A stretch of 64,000 bases of DNA. Origin: Camelus dromedarius (taxonomy: Eukaryota). The stretch is from the NCBI RefSeq assembly GCF_036321535.1, contig NC_087458.1, positions 6,014,001 through 6,078,000 on the forward strand, written 5' to 3'. The position numbers and the translations under genes are program-made. Of the stretch, positions 1 through 12,399 are shown piece after piece. Numbering within the stretch: the first letter of the stretch is position 1; the number at the start of each line of letters is the position of its first letter. The notes beneath the pieces were generated by a model that was given only the letters and a program-made list of their open reading frames with translations, was not told where the DNA came from and searched no databases.

Positions 1-112
1 GGGAGGAGGTAATTATGTTTATTTCTATTTTTAGAGGAGGTACTGGGGATCAAACCCAGGACCTCATGGATGTTGAGCATGTGCTCTACCACTTGAGCTA
101 TACCTTCCCCCC
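1..112 (-). mobile_element. tRNA-derived SINE, Vic-1-like (camelid)
   Basis: Reverse complement reads GGGGGAAGGTATAGCTCAAGTGGTAGAGCACATGCTCAACATCCATGAGGTCCTGGGTTTGATCCCCAGTACCTCC followed by an A-rich tail: A-box and B-box tRNA-like head with a non-tRNA tail. It matches my recollection of the camelid Vic-1 family. Confidence 0.75.
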
Positions 113-458
113 TCTAACTTAGATTTAAATTGAGTTGTTTTAGAAATTCTCAGAGCCTGTTGGTGTGAATGTAAATTGGTACAAATTAGTGGAGGATAAT
201 TTAATAATATGTAATGAAATTTTAAATGTGCATGCTCTTCTGTTTCAGTAACTGTATTTTTAGGAATTTTACCTATAGATATACTAAAATGTACAAAGGT
301 GTACGTAAGACGTTTCACTGGAACCCTGGTTATGACAGTACACACACACACAAAAACTGGAAACATCCTAATGTTCCTCAGAGAGAATATATTAAGTAAA
401 TTAAAGTATATCTATACAATGAAATGTTACAGACACTAAAACAATGACATAGTGTGTA

Positions 459-461
<3 letters not shown>

Positions 462-495
<34 letters not shown>
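462..495. repeat. (CA)17 microsatellite
   Basis: Uninterrupted CA run read directly. Confidence 0.95.
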
Positions 496-497
<2 letters not shown>

Positions 498-504
498 AAG
501 AATA

Positions 505-758
505 CAGCATAACGCTCAAGAATTTCAGCTTAAGAGTCAGACTTCCTGATTTTGTATCCCAGCAATTTTACCTGCTAGATATGTGACCTTAGGCAAATTA
601 CTTAATCTCTTTGCACCTCAGTTTTTTTTCATTCATAAAATAGGAGTGATTAACAGTATCTACCTTTAGAGTATTGTGAAGATTAAACAAGTTAATCAAT
701 GTGAAGCGCTTAAAATAGTGCCCACACATAGAAAAGCCCGGTAAGTATTAGTTATTAT
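505..758 (+). mobile_element. MIR SINE
   Basis: Core tgtgaccttaggcaaattacttaatctc...cctcagttt...taaaataggag...gtgaagattaaa matches the MIR consensus. Confidence 0.85.
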
Positions 759-2009
759 TAAAAACATGTCCAAAGTATTAAATAGATATGGGCAAGCAAT
801 CACAATGGCTAAAACGAAAACAACAGAAGTTGGGATAGACACAAATAGATGGAATAAAGAGAGGTTCTAAAAGTAGAATTTTCAGGATTTGGTAATTTTA
901 ACCCACACTTTAGACCCAAGTTGTAAAAGGTGCTGATATGTTCTTCCTAATACGTTTGTTACTTAATTTATAAACATACTATATCTAGTATTATAGTTAA
1001 TTTTAATACATGTCTTCTTCTGGACTATTTATCTTCTTGAGGAATAACGTTGTATCACTTACCTTTATATAATCTACACCACCTGTGTGTATGTCTTTTA
1101 CATAGTAGATGTACAACAAATGTTCATACGAATATATGAATGATGGTCAGGCTTTTTCAGTTCCCCACAACCAGTGGATTTAGGTGGTTACAAAGCAAAT
1201 AGAGCTCTGACACATAAGAAAAGAAACTCAAGTTTTCTCTTTATCAGAGTGATTGATTAACTGTTATTTTCCTAGACTGAACTATTCTAGAATAGAGAAA
1301 ACTACTTGAAGCCTATACTCCAGGAACTGGAAAAATAACCCTATGTCACTGATCAGAGCCTTGGATTTTCTGACATAATTTGGGATTTAGGACTATAGGT
1401 GAAATTATAAAACAGATTTTATGAACTAGGTAATCAGCATTCCTAAATTAAGTTTAGGTGGTGCTCAAATTATGTTTATTCAATACCAAGAGAAAAATAG
1501 CAATGAAAGTCATTAAAAAGCAAGACTTGTAGGCAACAGAAAAGGTATACAGCCATAAATTCAAATATTCTTTCCCAATGAAGTTCTGATATTCATGAAA
1601 AATTTTTCACCCTTAAAATTCTCATTTAAAGAATAAGTAAATTCTCTACGTACAGATTTGAAAAAAGTATCCTCTATAATTAAACAAAAAAAAGGAAGAT
1701 GCAGAAAACTATGCTATCTTCTACGTAAAAAGAAGTAAAACTAAAAATAAATTCACACTTGCTTGCATATATATAAAGAAACTGAAATGACAGAAAAGAA
1801 AGGAGTAACAGTGATGGGGCTTAAAACTAGGCAGGTGAGAAATGAGAAACTTTTCACCACATATCCTGATTTTTTTTAATTAAAAAAAATTTTTTAAAAA
1901 CCCTATGACAGGAATCAGCTGCCATATTGTAGGAAGAGGATCCCATTCAGTTTAATTTTATATTGTTTAGCTCAATACAAAAAAGGATGTGAACAAAAAA
2001 ACCTAGCCT

Positions 2010-3545
2010 AAAAGTCATACAGTATCTCAAGGAATCCCAAATAGCCAAAACAATCTTGAAAAAGAGGAGTCAGAAGACTTACACTTCCTGACTTGAAAAT
2101 TTTACTACAAAGTTACAGTTATCAAAACAGTGTGGTACTGACATAAAGACAGACATAGAAATCAATGGGACAGAATAGAGACTCCAGAAACAAACCTCTG
2201 CATATGNNNNNNNNNNNNNNNNNNNNNNNNNNNNNNNNNNNNNNNNNNNNNNNNNNNNNNNNNNNNNNNNNNNNNNNNNNNNNNNNNNNNNNNNNNNNNN
2301 NNNNNNNNNNNNNNNNNNNNNNNNNNNNNNNNNNNNNNNNNNNNNNNNNNNNNNNNNNNNNNNNNNNNNNNNNNNNNNNNNNNNNNNNNNNNNNNNNNNN
2401 NNNNNNNNNNNNNNNNNAAGCTTCACGACATTGGAGTTGACAATAATTTCTTGAATATGACACCAAAAATATAGTCAACAAAAGAAAAAGTAAGCTGGAT
2501 CTCATCAAATATAAAAACTTTTGTGCATCAAAGGACACTATCAACAGAGTGAAGAAAAATAACCCACAAAATGGGAGAAAATATTTGCAAGTCATTTACC
2601 TGACATAAGATTAATATCCAGTATNNNNNNNNNNNNNNNNNNNNNNNNNNNNNNNNNNNNNNNNNNNNNNNNNNNNNNNNNNNNNNNNNNNNNNNNNNNN
2701 NNNNNNNNNNNNNNNNNNNNNNNNNNNNNNNNNNNNNNNNNNNNNNNNNNNNNNNNNNNNNNNNNNNNNNNNNNNNNNNNNNNNNNNNNNNNNNNNNNNN
2801 NNNNNNNNNNNNNNNNNNNNNNNNNNNNNNNNNNNNNNNNNNNNNNNNNNNNNNNNNNNNNNNNNNNNNNNNNNNNNNNNNNNNNNNNNNNNNNNNNNNN
2901 NNNNNNNNNNNNNNNNNNNNNNNNNNNNNNNNNNNNNNNNNNNNNNNNNNNNNNNNNNNNNNNNNNNNNNNNNNNNNNNNNNNNNNNNNNNNNNNNNNNN
3001 NNNNNNNNNNNNNNNNNNNNNNNNNNNNNNNNNNNNNNNNNNNNNNNNNNNNNNNNNNNNNNNNNNNNNNNNNNNNNNNNNNNNNNNNNNNNNNNNNNNN
3101 NNNNNNNNNNNNNNNNNNNNNNNNNNNNNNNNNNNNNNNNGAACAGATATACAAAAACTGGAATATTATTCAGCCTTTAAAAGGAATGAAATGTTGACAC
3201 GTGCTACAACATGGATGAATCTTGAAGGCATCATGCTAAACTGAAATGACAAAAGGACAAATATTGTATGATTTCACTTATATGAGGTACCTAGAGTGGT
3301 CAGATTCTCAGAAACAGAAAGTAGAATGGTCGTTGCAAGGTGCTAGGGGGAGGAATAATGGGGAATTATTNNNNNNNNNNNNNNNNNNNNNNNNNNNNNN
3401 NNNNNNNNNNNNNNNNNNNNNNNNNNNNNNNNNNNNNNNNNNNNNNNNNNNNNNNNNNNNNNNNNNNNNNNNNNNNNNNNNNNNNNNNNNNNNNNNNNNN
3501 NNNNNNNNNNNNNNNNNNNNTACACACACACAAACGATGTGCTAG
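2010..3545 (+). mobile_element. Old LINE-1 (L1M-type): ORF2 3' part and 3' UTR, interrupted by three N-gaps
   Basis: aatagccaaaacaatcttgaaaaag, aaaacagtgtggtactg, caatgggacagaatagag, and the 3' UTR motif gacaaatattgtatgatttcacttatatgaggtacctagagt are L1 ORF2/UTR signatures; the frames are broken. Confidence 0.9.
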
Positions 3546-6094
3546 GTTTACCATTATCTTTTGTAAAAATGTCTAACGCTTACTGAATTGTTACTATCTG
3601 CCAGGCACAGAGAAGTTAAGTTAAAGGTCTTACAACTAGTAAGTGGTAGAGTAGAAATCTGAACCCAGGACTTTCCGACTGCAGAGCTATATTCTTCACA
3701 GAGACCAAAAATTATTCCAGTTTTACCAAAGAAGGAACGGTTTCAACTAATTACATGAATAATGCCCCCTAAAATTAGTACCAATACTAGACTATTTTCT
3801 CATATCCAGACACCAGAATTCAATTTATGCATAACATTGAGAATGGCTGGTTCTGAGAGAGAGCAAGAGAGAGAGAGAGAGAGTGCATGAGGAAGTGCAA
3901 CGCTTTCACAACAACCAGTAAAAGCTAATGTGGCACAGTCTAGGCAACACATGCAAGGTGTGCTAAACAGCCCCAATAACAACAAAATTAAAATGACCAC
4001 ATCTAAAGGCTTCTTCAGTTAATCCCTACAGCTATAAAACAATGAGTAAAAATCTCAACTGTCCTCCTCTAATAACCTCTCTGTACCATAAAAGTGTCCC
4101 TTATACAGTCCTTTTCACACTCTCAACACAACTGAATCCAGAAGACAGCACAGAAGTCACTCATAACTACACACTTTCAAGTTTTATTTTTTGATACAAC
4201 TTTTGTTTGTACACACAAAAAAATCATATTGTATTTTACTCCTTCCTGTGAATATGATCAGGTATTCAGCCTGCCAGAATAGAAGATTCAATTTGGAAAT
4301 GAAGACTGCTCAGATTCTAACCTTGGATATACTCTTCCGAGACATCTACCACTCTATCTTTGACAAAATTGGGAATGTACAATTTAATACCAGATATACA
4401 TCAAGGCTTTGGTAGTACAAATACAACAAGCAAAACAGTTAATAAGAGGTGGTAACTCTATGTATAGTAGTTATTAGATCTCAGACAAACTTTTACACCA
4501 CTATTTAAGCTACAGAGATCTTACTCCACTGAATTCTCAAGGTTTTTCAAAGATGCAACTGCCCTTTTTAAGATGTTTCTGTCCACTGCAAACACAGCTG
4601 CAAAAGATTCTTTTCCGGTCACCCATGTTCCTTGAAAGCTTTCAGTTCAATATTAATGCATTATACAGAACTCAACTGGGAAATAGCTCTCAAGCAGAAG
4701 GTGAAGAGTTAAAAATGCAGGCTAATGAAAATTTAGGACTGGATTTTAGTGCAATAAGACCCATATTCTAGTTTCCATTCACTTGGCACAAAATATCTAG
4801 ATTTAAAATACTCTAAGGAAGCAAAACTTTCAAATTCACAATTCACTCAGCTAAAGAAATGAGCATTCTTTATTAATGAATCATAAAATGAGAAAAGAAT
4901 GGCACCAGAGTAACATAATAATTTATTCATGGACACTTATTAAAAGCCAAACACTAGTACATGGGAAGAGTGTCATGCTATTCACATCAAATTTCCGACA
5001 GAACCTAATATAGGGTCTTCTAGCCAATTTGTCCAGGGCAGTAGCAACAGGCATGACCAACTGCTAATCTCGTTGATAGCAGCACATCAATCTAGCCTTA
5101 TAAATGTTATTTAGAGTGGTTAGAAAACTGCCCCTCCCTCCAAAAAATGTTATCCTATTGGGGAAATATTTTCAGTATTTTTCACTGGTAGCTCAAACCA
5201 TGGGATAAAAGTTTGTAATTCAGTGGTGAACACCAGTTAGGTAACCTTTATGCCTTTAAACAACGTAAGACAAGTTTCTCAAAGTTTTAATTTCAATACC
5301 AACATATCACCTTTAAAGGACTTTGTTCCTTCTCGCCTCTGATCTCCAGGTCTGTCTGCATGCCTCACAGAAGAGAAAGAATCGTAGGCTTTACAGATTT
5401 CTTAGTGTGATACAACTATCTTTACAGAAAGAATTTCTTGCTCCTGGCTCAGAGATTCCACTCAATCACAAAGTTGAAACCTTACTCTCCTACTTTTTAG
5501 CACATTAGATGAAAGAAGGTGGGGGCAGCAGCTCAGTTACAGTTATCCTCCTGGGAACTCATTGAAGGTGAAGGCCAAGCTGGATGAGCTGTGCCATTTG
5601 CCTTATAAGATTCATGGGGGGAAAAACTGCAGCCTCCATACCAGTGAAGTTTCTAAAAAATATCTGGCCTAACACTACCATACTTGTTCTCTGGAAAACC
5701 AGCACACAAAAGCAGTTAATTCCCTCATTCAAGAATGACAACCCTTTAAAAAATATTTAACCCACAGAGGAACTACTGGGAAGCATAACAGCAAAGTGCA
5801 GTACTGTCTTCTCAAAGTATTCAGTGAGATCACTAGTACCTTAAGATGCTCTTTCATGGTCAAATAATTTTCAGAAGCTCTGCATCGTTCAGCCATTCTT
5901 TTACCACTCCTAATGTACAATGTTTATTTAGACATGTAAGGCTCTGGGAAGTTACACTGTTAACAAATCTGTGTTAATTTAACCCACAATTTTCCAAAAC
6001 TGTATTTGAATTTGACCATGTAACTTTTTTCATATAAGACCTATTAACATTGAGGGGAAAAAAATTTTTTTTAAGGCAAAACAAAACCCTATGA

Positions 6095-6322
6095 GAAGCG
6101 TTAGGAGAATGGTAAGATCACAACTTTTGGAGTCAGGCACAGTTGTGCAAATACTGGATTCACTACTTTTATTATTAATCTTTGAGATTCCAGCAAAAGA
6201 CAACCTCCCTGAGAATTGAGCTTTTTTATCTGTAAAATGATTATAGCATGTTCCTCACAGAGTTACTGTAAGAATTAAAATAGCACAAAGCCTTACACAA
6301 AGAAAGTGCTCAACAAATGAGT
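6095..6322 (+). mobile_element. MIR SINE (degenerate)
   Basis: tatctgtaaaatga...cctcacagagttactgtaagaattaaa...gtgctcaacaaatg. Confidence 0.7.
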
Positions 6323-6679
6323 TTATATTTACATTTTAAAAATTCCCTTCAAGTCCCAAAAGCTGCAGAAATGCAATTTTTTTAATCTGAGAAAAAAAAT
6401 TACAGAATTCCTGACTGAAGTACTCCTTGAGAAGTATAAACTCTCAGGATTTTACAACCTTTTTAATCCACTGGACTGCTAGGATAGCCTTTTAAACTTG
6501 CCACATTTAAGATGATATTCAGGAGCATACTACATCCACTGATGAAAATGGATATGAAGAAAACACATGCTGTCGAGTATTTATGGTTTCAATGACAGAA
6601 AGAAAGGGCCTTACATCAATATAAACAAGAAAAAAATGAGTTGTGAGAAAGTTCAGCTTGTGTCAGCACATAATAACAT

Positions 6680-6860
6680 CTGTACAGTGCTTTACAGTTT
6701 ATGAAGTATCTTTACATGCATAATCTCATTTGACTGACATAGAGACCTAGTGAAATAGATAAGGCAGCTATTGATCCTCATTTCTAATTGAGGAAACTAC
6801 AGCTTAGAGACTTCAAGTGACTCAACCAAGGTCACACAGATAAATGGAACCAAGACTCCA
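6680..6860 (-). mobile_element. MIR SINE (degenerate)
   Basis: cctcatttctaattgaggaaactacagcttagagac...ccaaggtcacacag. Confidence 0.7.
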
Positions 6861-8019
6861 CCCTTGTTCTTTTGACCTCAGAACAAAAGGGGCATCTTCT
6901 AAATGTATGCAGCATTTTCTCAACCCACAGAATTATTTATATTTGAAAAAATCTTTTAGGTGACAGGCACCATGCTAGGTACTGGAGACATAATAGTAAA
7001 AAGACATCGTACCTCTTTATTTTAGAATGTTTTGACAGTCCACTGAGGGGAGACAAGTGATATTTATAAAACAGAGTGAGATCAAATTAGAAAGCATATC
7101 TCAGTCTCTTTGGGCAAGTCAAAGGAGACTTCCCAGAGAAAGGAAAACTTGACAGGAGATTTGAAAGCTGATCTGGGCACCAAAAGAACTGTATTTACTC
7201 ATATATAAACTGTAAGGGAGAAAAGTAAGATTGGCTAGAAAGGCAAAGGCCAAGATTATAAAGTGCCTTTGATACTATGCAGAGTTTAAATTTTACCTTT
7301 AAATGATCTGAAACTATTGAATACTTTTGAGAAGGGGAAGCAGAATAAACAGATCTCTAAGTTAGACTACTTTGAAGACAGTATGATTGAGAGTTTAAAA
7401 GGGAATAAGACTAGGCTCACACAGGCACCTCTCTTCTGTGTAGCCCGCTGTTGTCTATGGCAGTGTGACCTAATAAACTCCTTTTCTATTCTCAAAAAAA
7501 AAAAAGGGGGGGTAACACTAAAAACAGAGACACCTGTTACAAGATTGCGGCAGTATTTGAAATAAGAGTTGTTGTGATCCGGAATTAGGAGACCAGTAAC
7601 AGAGATATAGGAAAAGGTAAAGATTCAGAAATATTTAGAAAATAATGGATAAGAGAGAGAATTGACAGTGATCCTCACATTTCTGGCTTAGGTGACTCAA
7701 TGACTCACGAAAGAGGAATAGATGATGATGTTGAGTGTCAGGTACCAATGGAAGACAGAGATGGATATGTCTAGCACACAGTAGACAACTGGAAACAAAG
7801 AGGGCTGGAATTTAGGAGAGACGTGATAATATATGCGAATATATTTAAACTTTTTTCCAATAATCAAGTATTATTTACCATTTCAATGGGAAGGCAATCG
7901 TTTTACCATCATTATTTGTCTAATGTTTCAAAGTTCAAAAGACATTTTAAGATCCTGTATCACACTTACCACATTTCATAGTTTTGTTATAAACAAACAT
8001 GAGGTTAGAAAAAGTTATA

Positions 8020-8560
8020 ATTCCTATTTGATCAAGAAATATTTACTGAATATTAACTATATGCCAGACACTGTACTAGGCATTAAACAAAACACCATAA
8101 TAAATTCATGCCTTCATAGATCTTATACCAGGGGAACCAATAAGCAATGAATGTAACAAATAAGTATGTTAGAAAGTTGTAAGTACTATAAAAAAGGAAA
8201 AAAAAACAGAAAAGGATTAGGAGCGAGGGGTGGAAGCTGAACGTGCAATTTGAAATAGGGGTAGAATATGGTCTCACTGAAAAGGTGACATTTAAGCAAA
8301 GACTTGATTGAAAAAGGTATGAAAATTGGTCATATGTATTATCTCTGTGGGAAAACTCAGCTATTTCCCACTAGTGGGAGTAACGAGCGCAAAGGTCCTA
8401 AGATAAAGGACTGATGCATTTGAGGAACAAGTCAATGTGGCTGGAATGGAGTCAGCAAAAGGGAGGATGACAGAAGATCAAAAAGAGAACGGATGAGGAA
8501 GGGCAAACCATGATAGACCTTAGAGTCCACTGTAAAGACTAGCTTTTACTGTGCAAGAAA
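8020..8560 (-). mobile_element. LINE-2 fragment
   Basis: aagaaatatttactgaatattaactatatgccagacactgtactagg (reverse L2 tail), then gaaaaggtgacatttaagcaaagac and gtcaatgtggctggaatggag. Confidence 0.75.
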
Positions 8561-10846
8561 TGAGAGTTAAAAAATTAGGAGGCTTACCAAAGTCATATAT
8601 CTAATACAGAAAAGCTAGAATTTGACCCAGAATTTCTAGACTCTCTATACCTGTGTTCTGCTATTCCAGTTTGCCACTTATTAGCCCACAAACTCCCCCT
8701 TCCCAAAAGTCTGAATTTAAATACTATCAAAAAGCTAACTTTATAAATACCTTCTAGGTAAGAGATGCACAACCTGTCTGGTTAACATTTCGAATCCCTC
8801 ACGACCATAATGCGAATTTACTAATCCTAATGTCTAATCTAAATCCTAACATTCCAGCCTTTATTTCGGGAGATTACAAATTCCATCTTCCCCTAAAATG
8901 AGACAAGATCAAGAAAGCTTTATCAGGAGGTTTATGGCAAGATTTTCAGGTTCAATGGTAACCTGAATTATTTTTTAAAATGTACATTAGCCAGATGTGA
9001 AAAGAAACAAGAGAATGACTCAGAAATATTGAAGTACTGGCATTTTCATTAAGAGTTTACTGGTTAGTATTAATAACAATTAAGTTCACATGCTGTCCAA
9101 GAAGCTTCTGCATTGACTATGTCTCTTTGATGTCTGGGATTTGACCATTTCATACCTCAAAAGCAACAAAATATTTGTTCTTATTCATCCGTTGCTTCTG
9201 ATACTGTAACCCAAAACTCTTGATAGCTTCTTGCCAGTTGATGGCAACTTAAGGGAATGGCAAAGATGAGTGGATTTTCAGGGAGACACCACACATTACT
9301 GAGATACCACCTAAGAAGTACATCAGACTGGTGAAACCCTAATGACCCTGGATCACTCCTTTCCTACTAGATAAACTCAAACAGTATAGAAATATTTCAT
9401 ATAATCATAAAAGAAAAAGTAAAAGATGGAACATGAGGAGGGAGCATTCAAATCAAATCTACTCTTCAGAGGCTTTCAACACTACAATTCGAACATGGGA
9501 GGCTCTCTGCTTCATGGACTCTGGAGCCGCCAAAATCCCTAACCAGTACCTACAGAAAAAGCATCACAGGGATTACTGAAGGTAAAACCAACAATATGCC
9601 TAATAGAAGCTCTTCCCTCAAAAGCCAGCTCTTTTCAACAGAAACTGAACTTCCTTATGTATCTTTTCCCAGCTCTAGCCAATGCAGGACTTTGTGTGGC
9701 ACTGCCTGATAGGTTGGATTTTTCCTGAGCAAGAGGTGGACAGCTTTATGCCACCACTAGATTTATAGTCAATCTGAGTGTGTGTCTTTTTTTCCTGTTC
9801 CTCTCTAAACTGTCTCAGAAAATGCCTGGCTATTATGTCTTAATACATTAGGATACATGCCTAAGCACTGCACAGGGTCTGGAGAAAAAAGTCCTTTGGT
9901 TCCAGTTATGGCTCAAATCTTACAATTTCTCTAGCAATTGCTTCAATCAACCAAAGCTGGTTTGGTTTTTCTCAATGAGCTAAACAATATGATCATTCTG
10001 AGCTGAGGGGCTGCTTGTCAGCATGACTCTCAATGGGGTGGCTAACATGGAATATGCTCCACAGTCTAGAAACCAGGACAGCACAACTGCTGTTCCCCTA
10101 TACATGCATCTCCAGCTTGGTGGGTAGGGGCGATAAGGAAGTAAGAATCAGTAAGTTGAAACAAGAGGCCTGGTTTACATACAACATACATGATAATGCT
10201 TAAAGCTAGGATGAATCCAGAGGCCCCAGCATATGATTAGGATACTATAATTGACACATTGACTCTTCTTCCACACTGCTGTTTTCTGATCAAAACCCAA
10301 CCTGGAGGTCTGGCTAGGCCCAGCCAAGGGAAAAAACAAGGGGGGCTGAGCAGCACACAGGCTTTTGAATGCACTTTAAGACTATAAGAATCAGAACAAA
10401 TTTCTCACATTTCCCTCCCTTCTCCACTCTGTGGCCTTATGCTAAACACTGCTGTAAGAGTTACTGCCAGAACTTAGATCTCAAGTGCTGATCAGGGAAC
10501 CTGGTTAACATTGTTCCTAGACAAGTATTTGAATGCAGCCTCTATTCAGACCGCCTCTAAACAGGAAGTTAACAGACATCACACACAGTCAGGGAAGGCA
10601 AACCACAGTGCCATAAAGATGGATGCTGCTGTCAGCTACAAATCACTCTCACCTCATTCAAAATGTTCTCAAGCAAGGAACAGGCAGGACAAAAGTCCAT
10701 AAGCCTCACCTCCTCTCAAACTGGGTTACTCAGCCTAAAGGTCCAGTGTTCTGATTCCCGTTGATTAATACTTATCTACTTCATTCCTTACCATGACTAT
10801 CACTGCCACTAGACTAAAAATTATACTCTTCTTAAAACTGAAGACA

Positions 10847-11103
10847 AGAGGGGAGGGGGGTGGGAAGGGACAGACTGGGAATTCGAAATTTGTAGATACT
10901 GACAGGCATATGTAGAAAAGATAAACAAGATTATACTGTATAGCACAGGGAAATATATACAAGATATTGTGGTAGCTCACAGAGAAAAAGAATGTGACAA
11001 TGAATATATGTATGTTCATGCATAACTGAAAAATTGTGCTCTACGCTGGAAATAGACACAACGCTGTAAACTGACTATAACTTAATAAAAAAATAAAAAT
11101 AAA
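10847..11103 (+). mobile_element. 5'-truncated young L1 3' tail with poly(A) and a perfect 13-bp target-site duplication
   Basis: TSD AAAACTGAAGACA at 10834-10846 and 11104-11116; upstream CTT/AAAA is an L1 endonuclease site; body has gtatagcacagggaaatata...acaacgctgtaaactgactataact. Confidence 0.9.
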
Positions 11104-12399
11104 AAAACTGAAGACAGTACTACCAGATCAGTTATTCCCATTAACTCCTTATTTATATAGCCTATCCAAGGAAAAAGCCCAAGGAAAGACTATCCTTGAC
11201 CCAATCCATTCCAAAACAGTCAGAGACTGGATATCAGTCACCAAAAAAGCACCATTTCCAACAGGTGTGGGTTTTCCCTCAAAATACACAGAGCCCCTCC
11301 ATGGCACCACCTTTAGCAGCTCCAGAAGTAGCCTCCTTCCCAACCAAGCACCAATGGAAATGCTACTCTAGGACAATATTCCATCAAGACTGATTCAGCA
11401 CCAAAAATATGAATCCAAGTGGTTATCAGACCTCAAGGAAGAGTTTAGTTCAGTGTATCAAAGAAAGAGCAATACAGTTAGCACTAAACTCCCAAATAAG
11501 TTAATCTCTAACATACAGAAAACAACATATAGACTCCATGCTGCTGCAAGAAAACAATCAGGAGTCATCTGCACTGGGAGGAGGACTGGATGGCTGGAGG
11601 AAACAGGTGAGAAGATTTCTTTTCACTTTGATTCTATGCCTGCATTGTCTATTCAAAAAAAATAACTAAAAATTTTCAGAGAGAAATGTTTTAAAAACTC
11701 AAAAGCATCAGCTCTTCTCCTAACACAGATCTGCTAAACCTGCCTTTACTTGTGCTCCAAGTCCAGATCTCTCTGTTGCAGTCTGGCCTGAAAGCACTGC
11801 TCTTTTCCTTTGCTGAAATACACTAATATTAAGTATCTCCCAGCTCTCTTCGCACACACACACACACAAGCCCTCTAAATAATCGTTTATCAGAAACGAA
11901 AAAACTGGTTCTCGGAAGGCTACCTGATTCTCCAGATGACAGCAGAAAAAAAGCGTGCTAGCTAGCTCAGTTAGCAGCCGCATGCCTCCCACCCACCAGC
12001 AATGCCTCCATCTCCACTTCAGTGCCAGCCCTATGAACTAACATCTTGTGTCTGGAGAGAAGTTGATGCTGGGGAAGAACCCAAAGAGGCTACCATATCT
12101 TTGTGAGGGGGAAAGCTGTCCTGGGCTGGCGAATGGCACCCAAACCTCTGCACTCACAGGAGTGGCTAGCTCCTTAGTGTAATTTAGCTCAGAGAGGCAA
12201 AAACTACTCTAAGTCTGGGTTTGGTTTAGGGAAGGGTAAGTTCTGACTCCATTGACCCTCAGGCACTGAACTAGGATACAAATCCAGTGGGTCCCAGAAG
12301 CTCAGCTGAAGAAAGCGGTGGTTTAGTTGCTAGAGAAGTACCCACACAGACGAAGACAATTCCCTTCTACGGGAGGACGAGGGAACGGTGCACGATGAA

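Noticed and set aside
1-112. Possible tRNA gene
   Set aside because: Only the A/B-box head is tRNA-like; the acceptor stem is not intact and an A-rich SINE tail follows.
1960-9990. 15-bp exact inverted match (ATATTGTTTAGCTCA at 1960-1974; TGAGCTAAACAATAT at 9976-9990)
   Set aside because: One match of this length within about 13 kb of AT-rich DNA is compatible with chance, and the flanks do not extend it.
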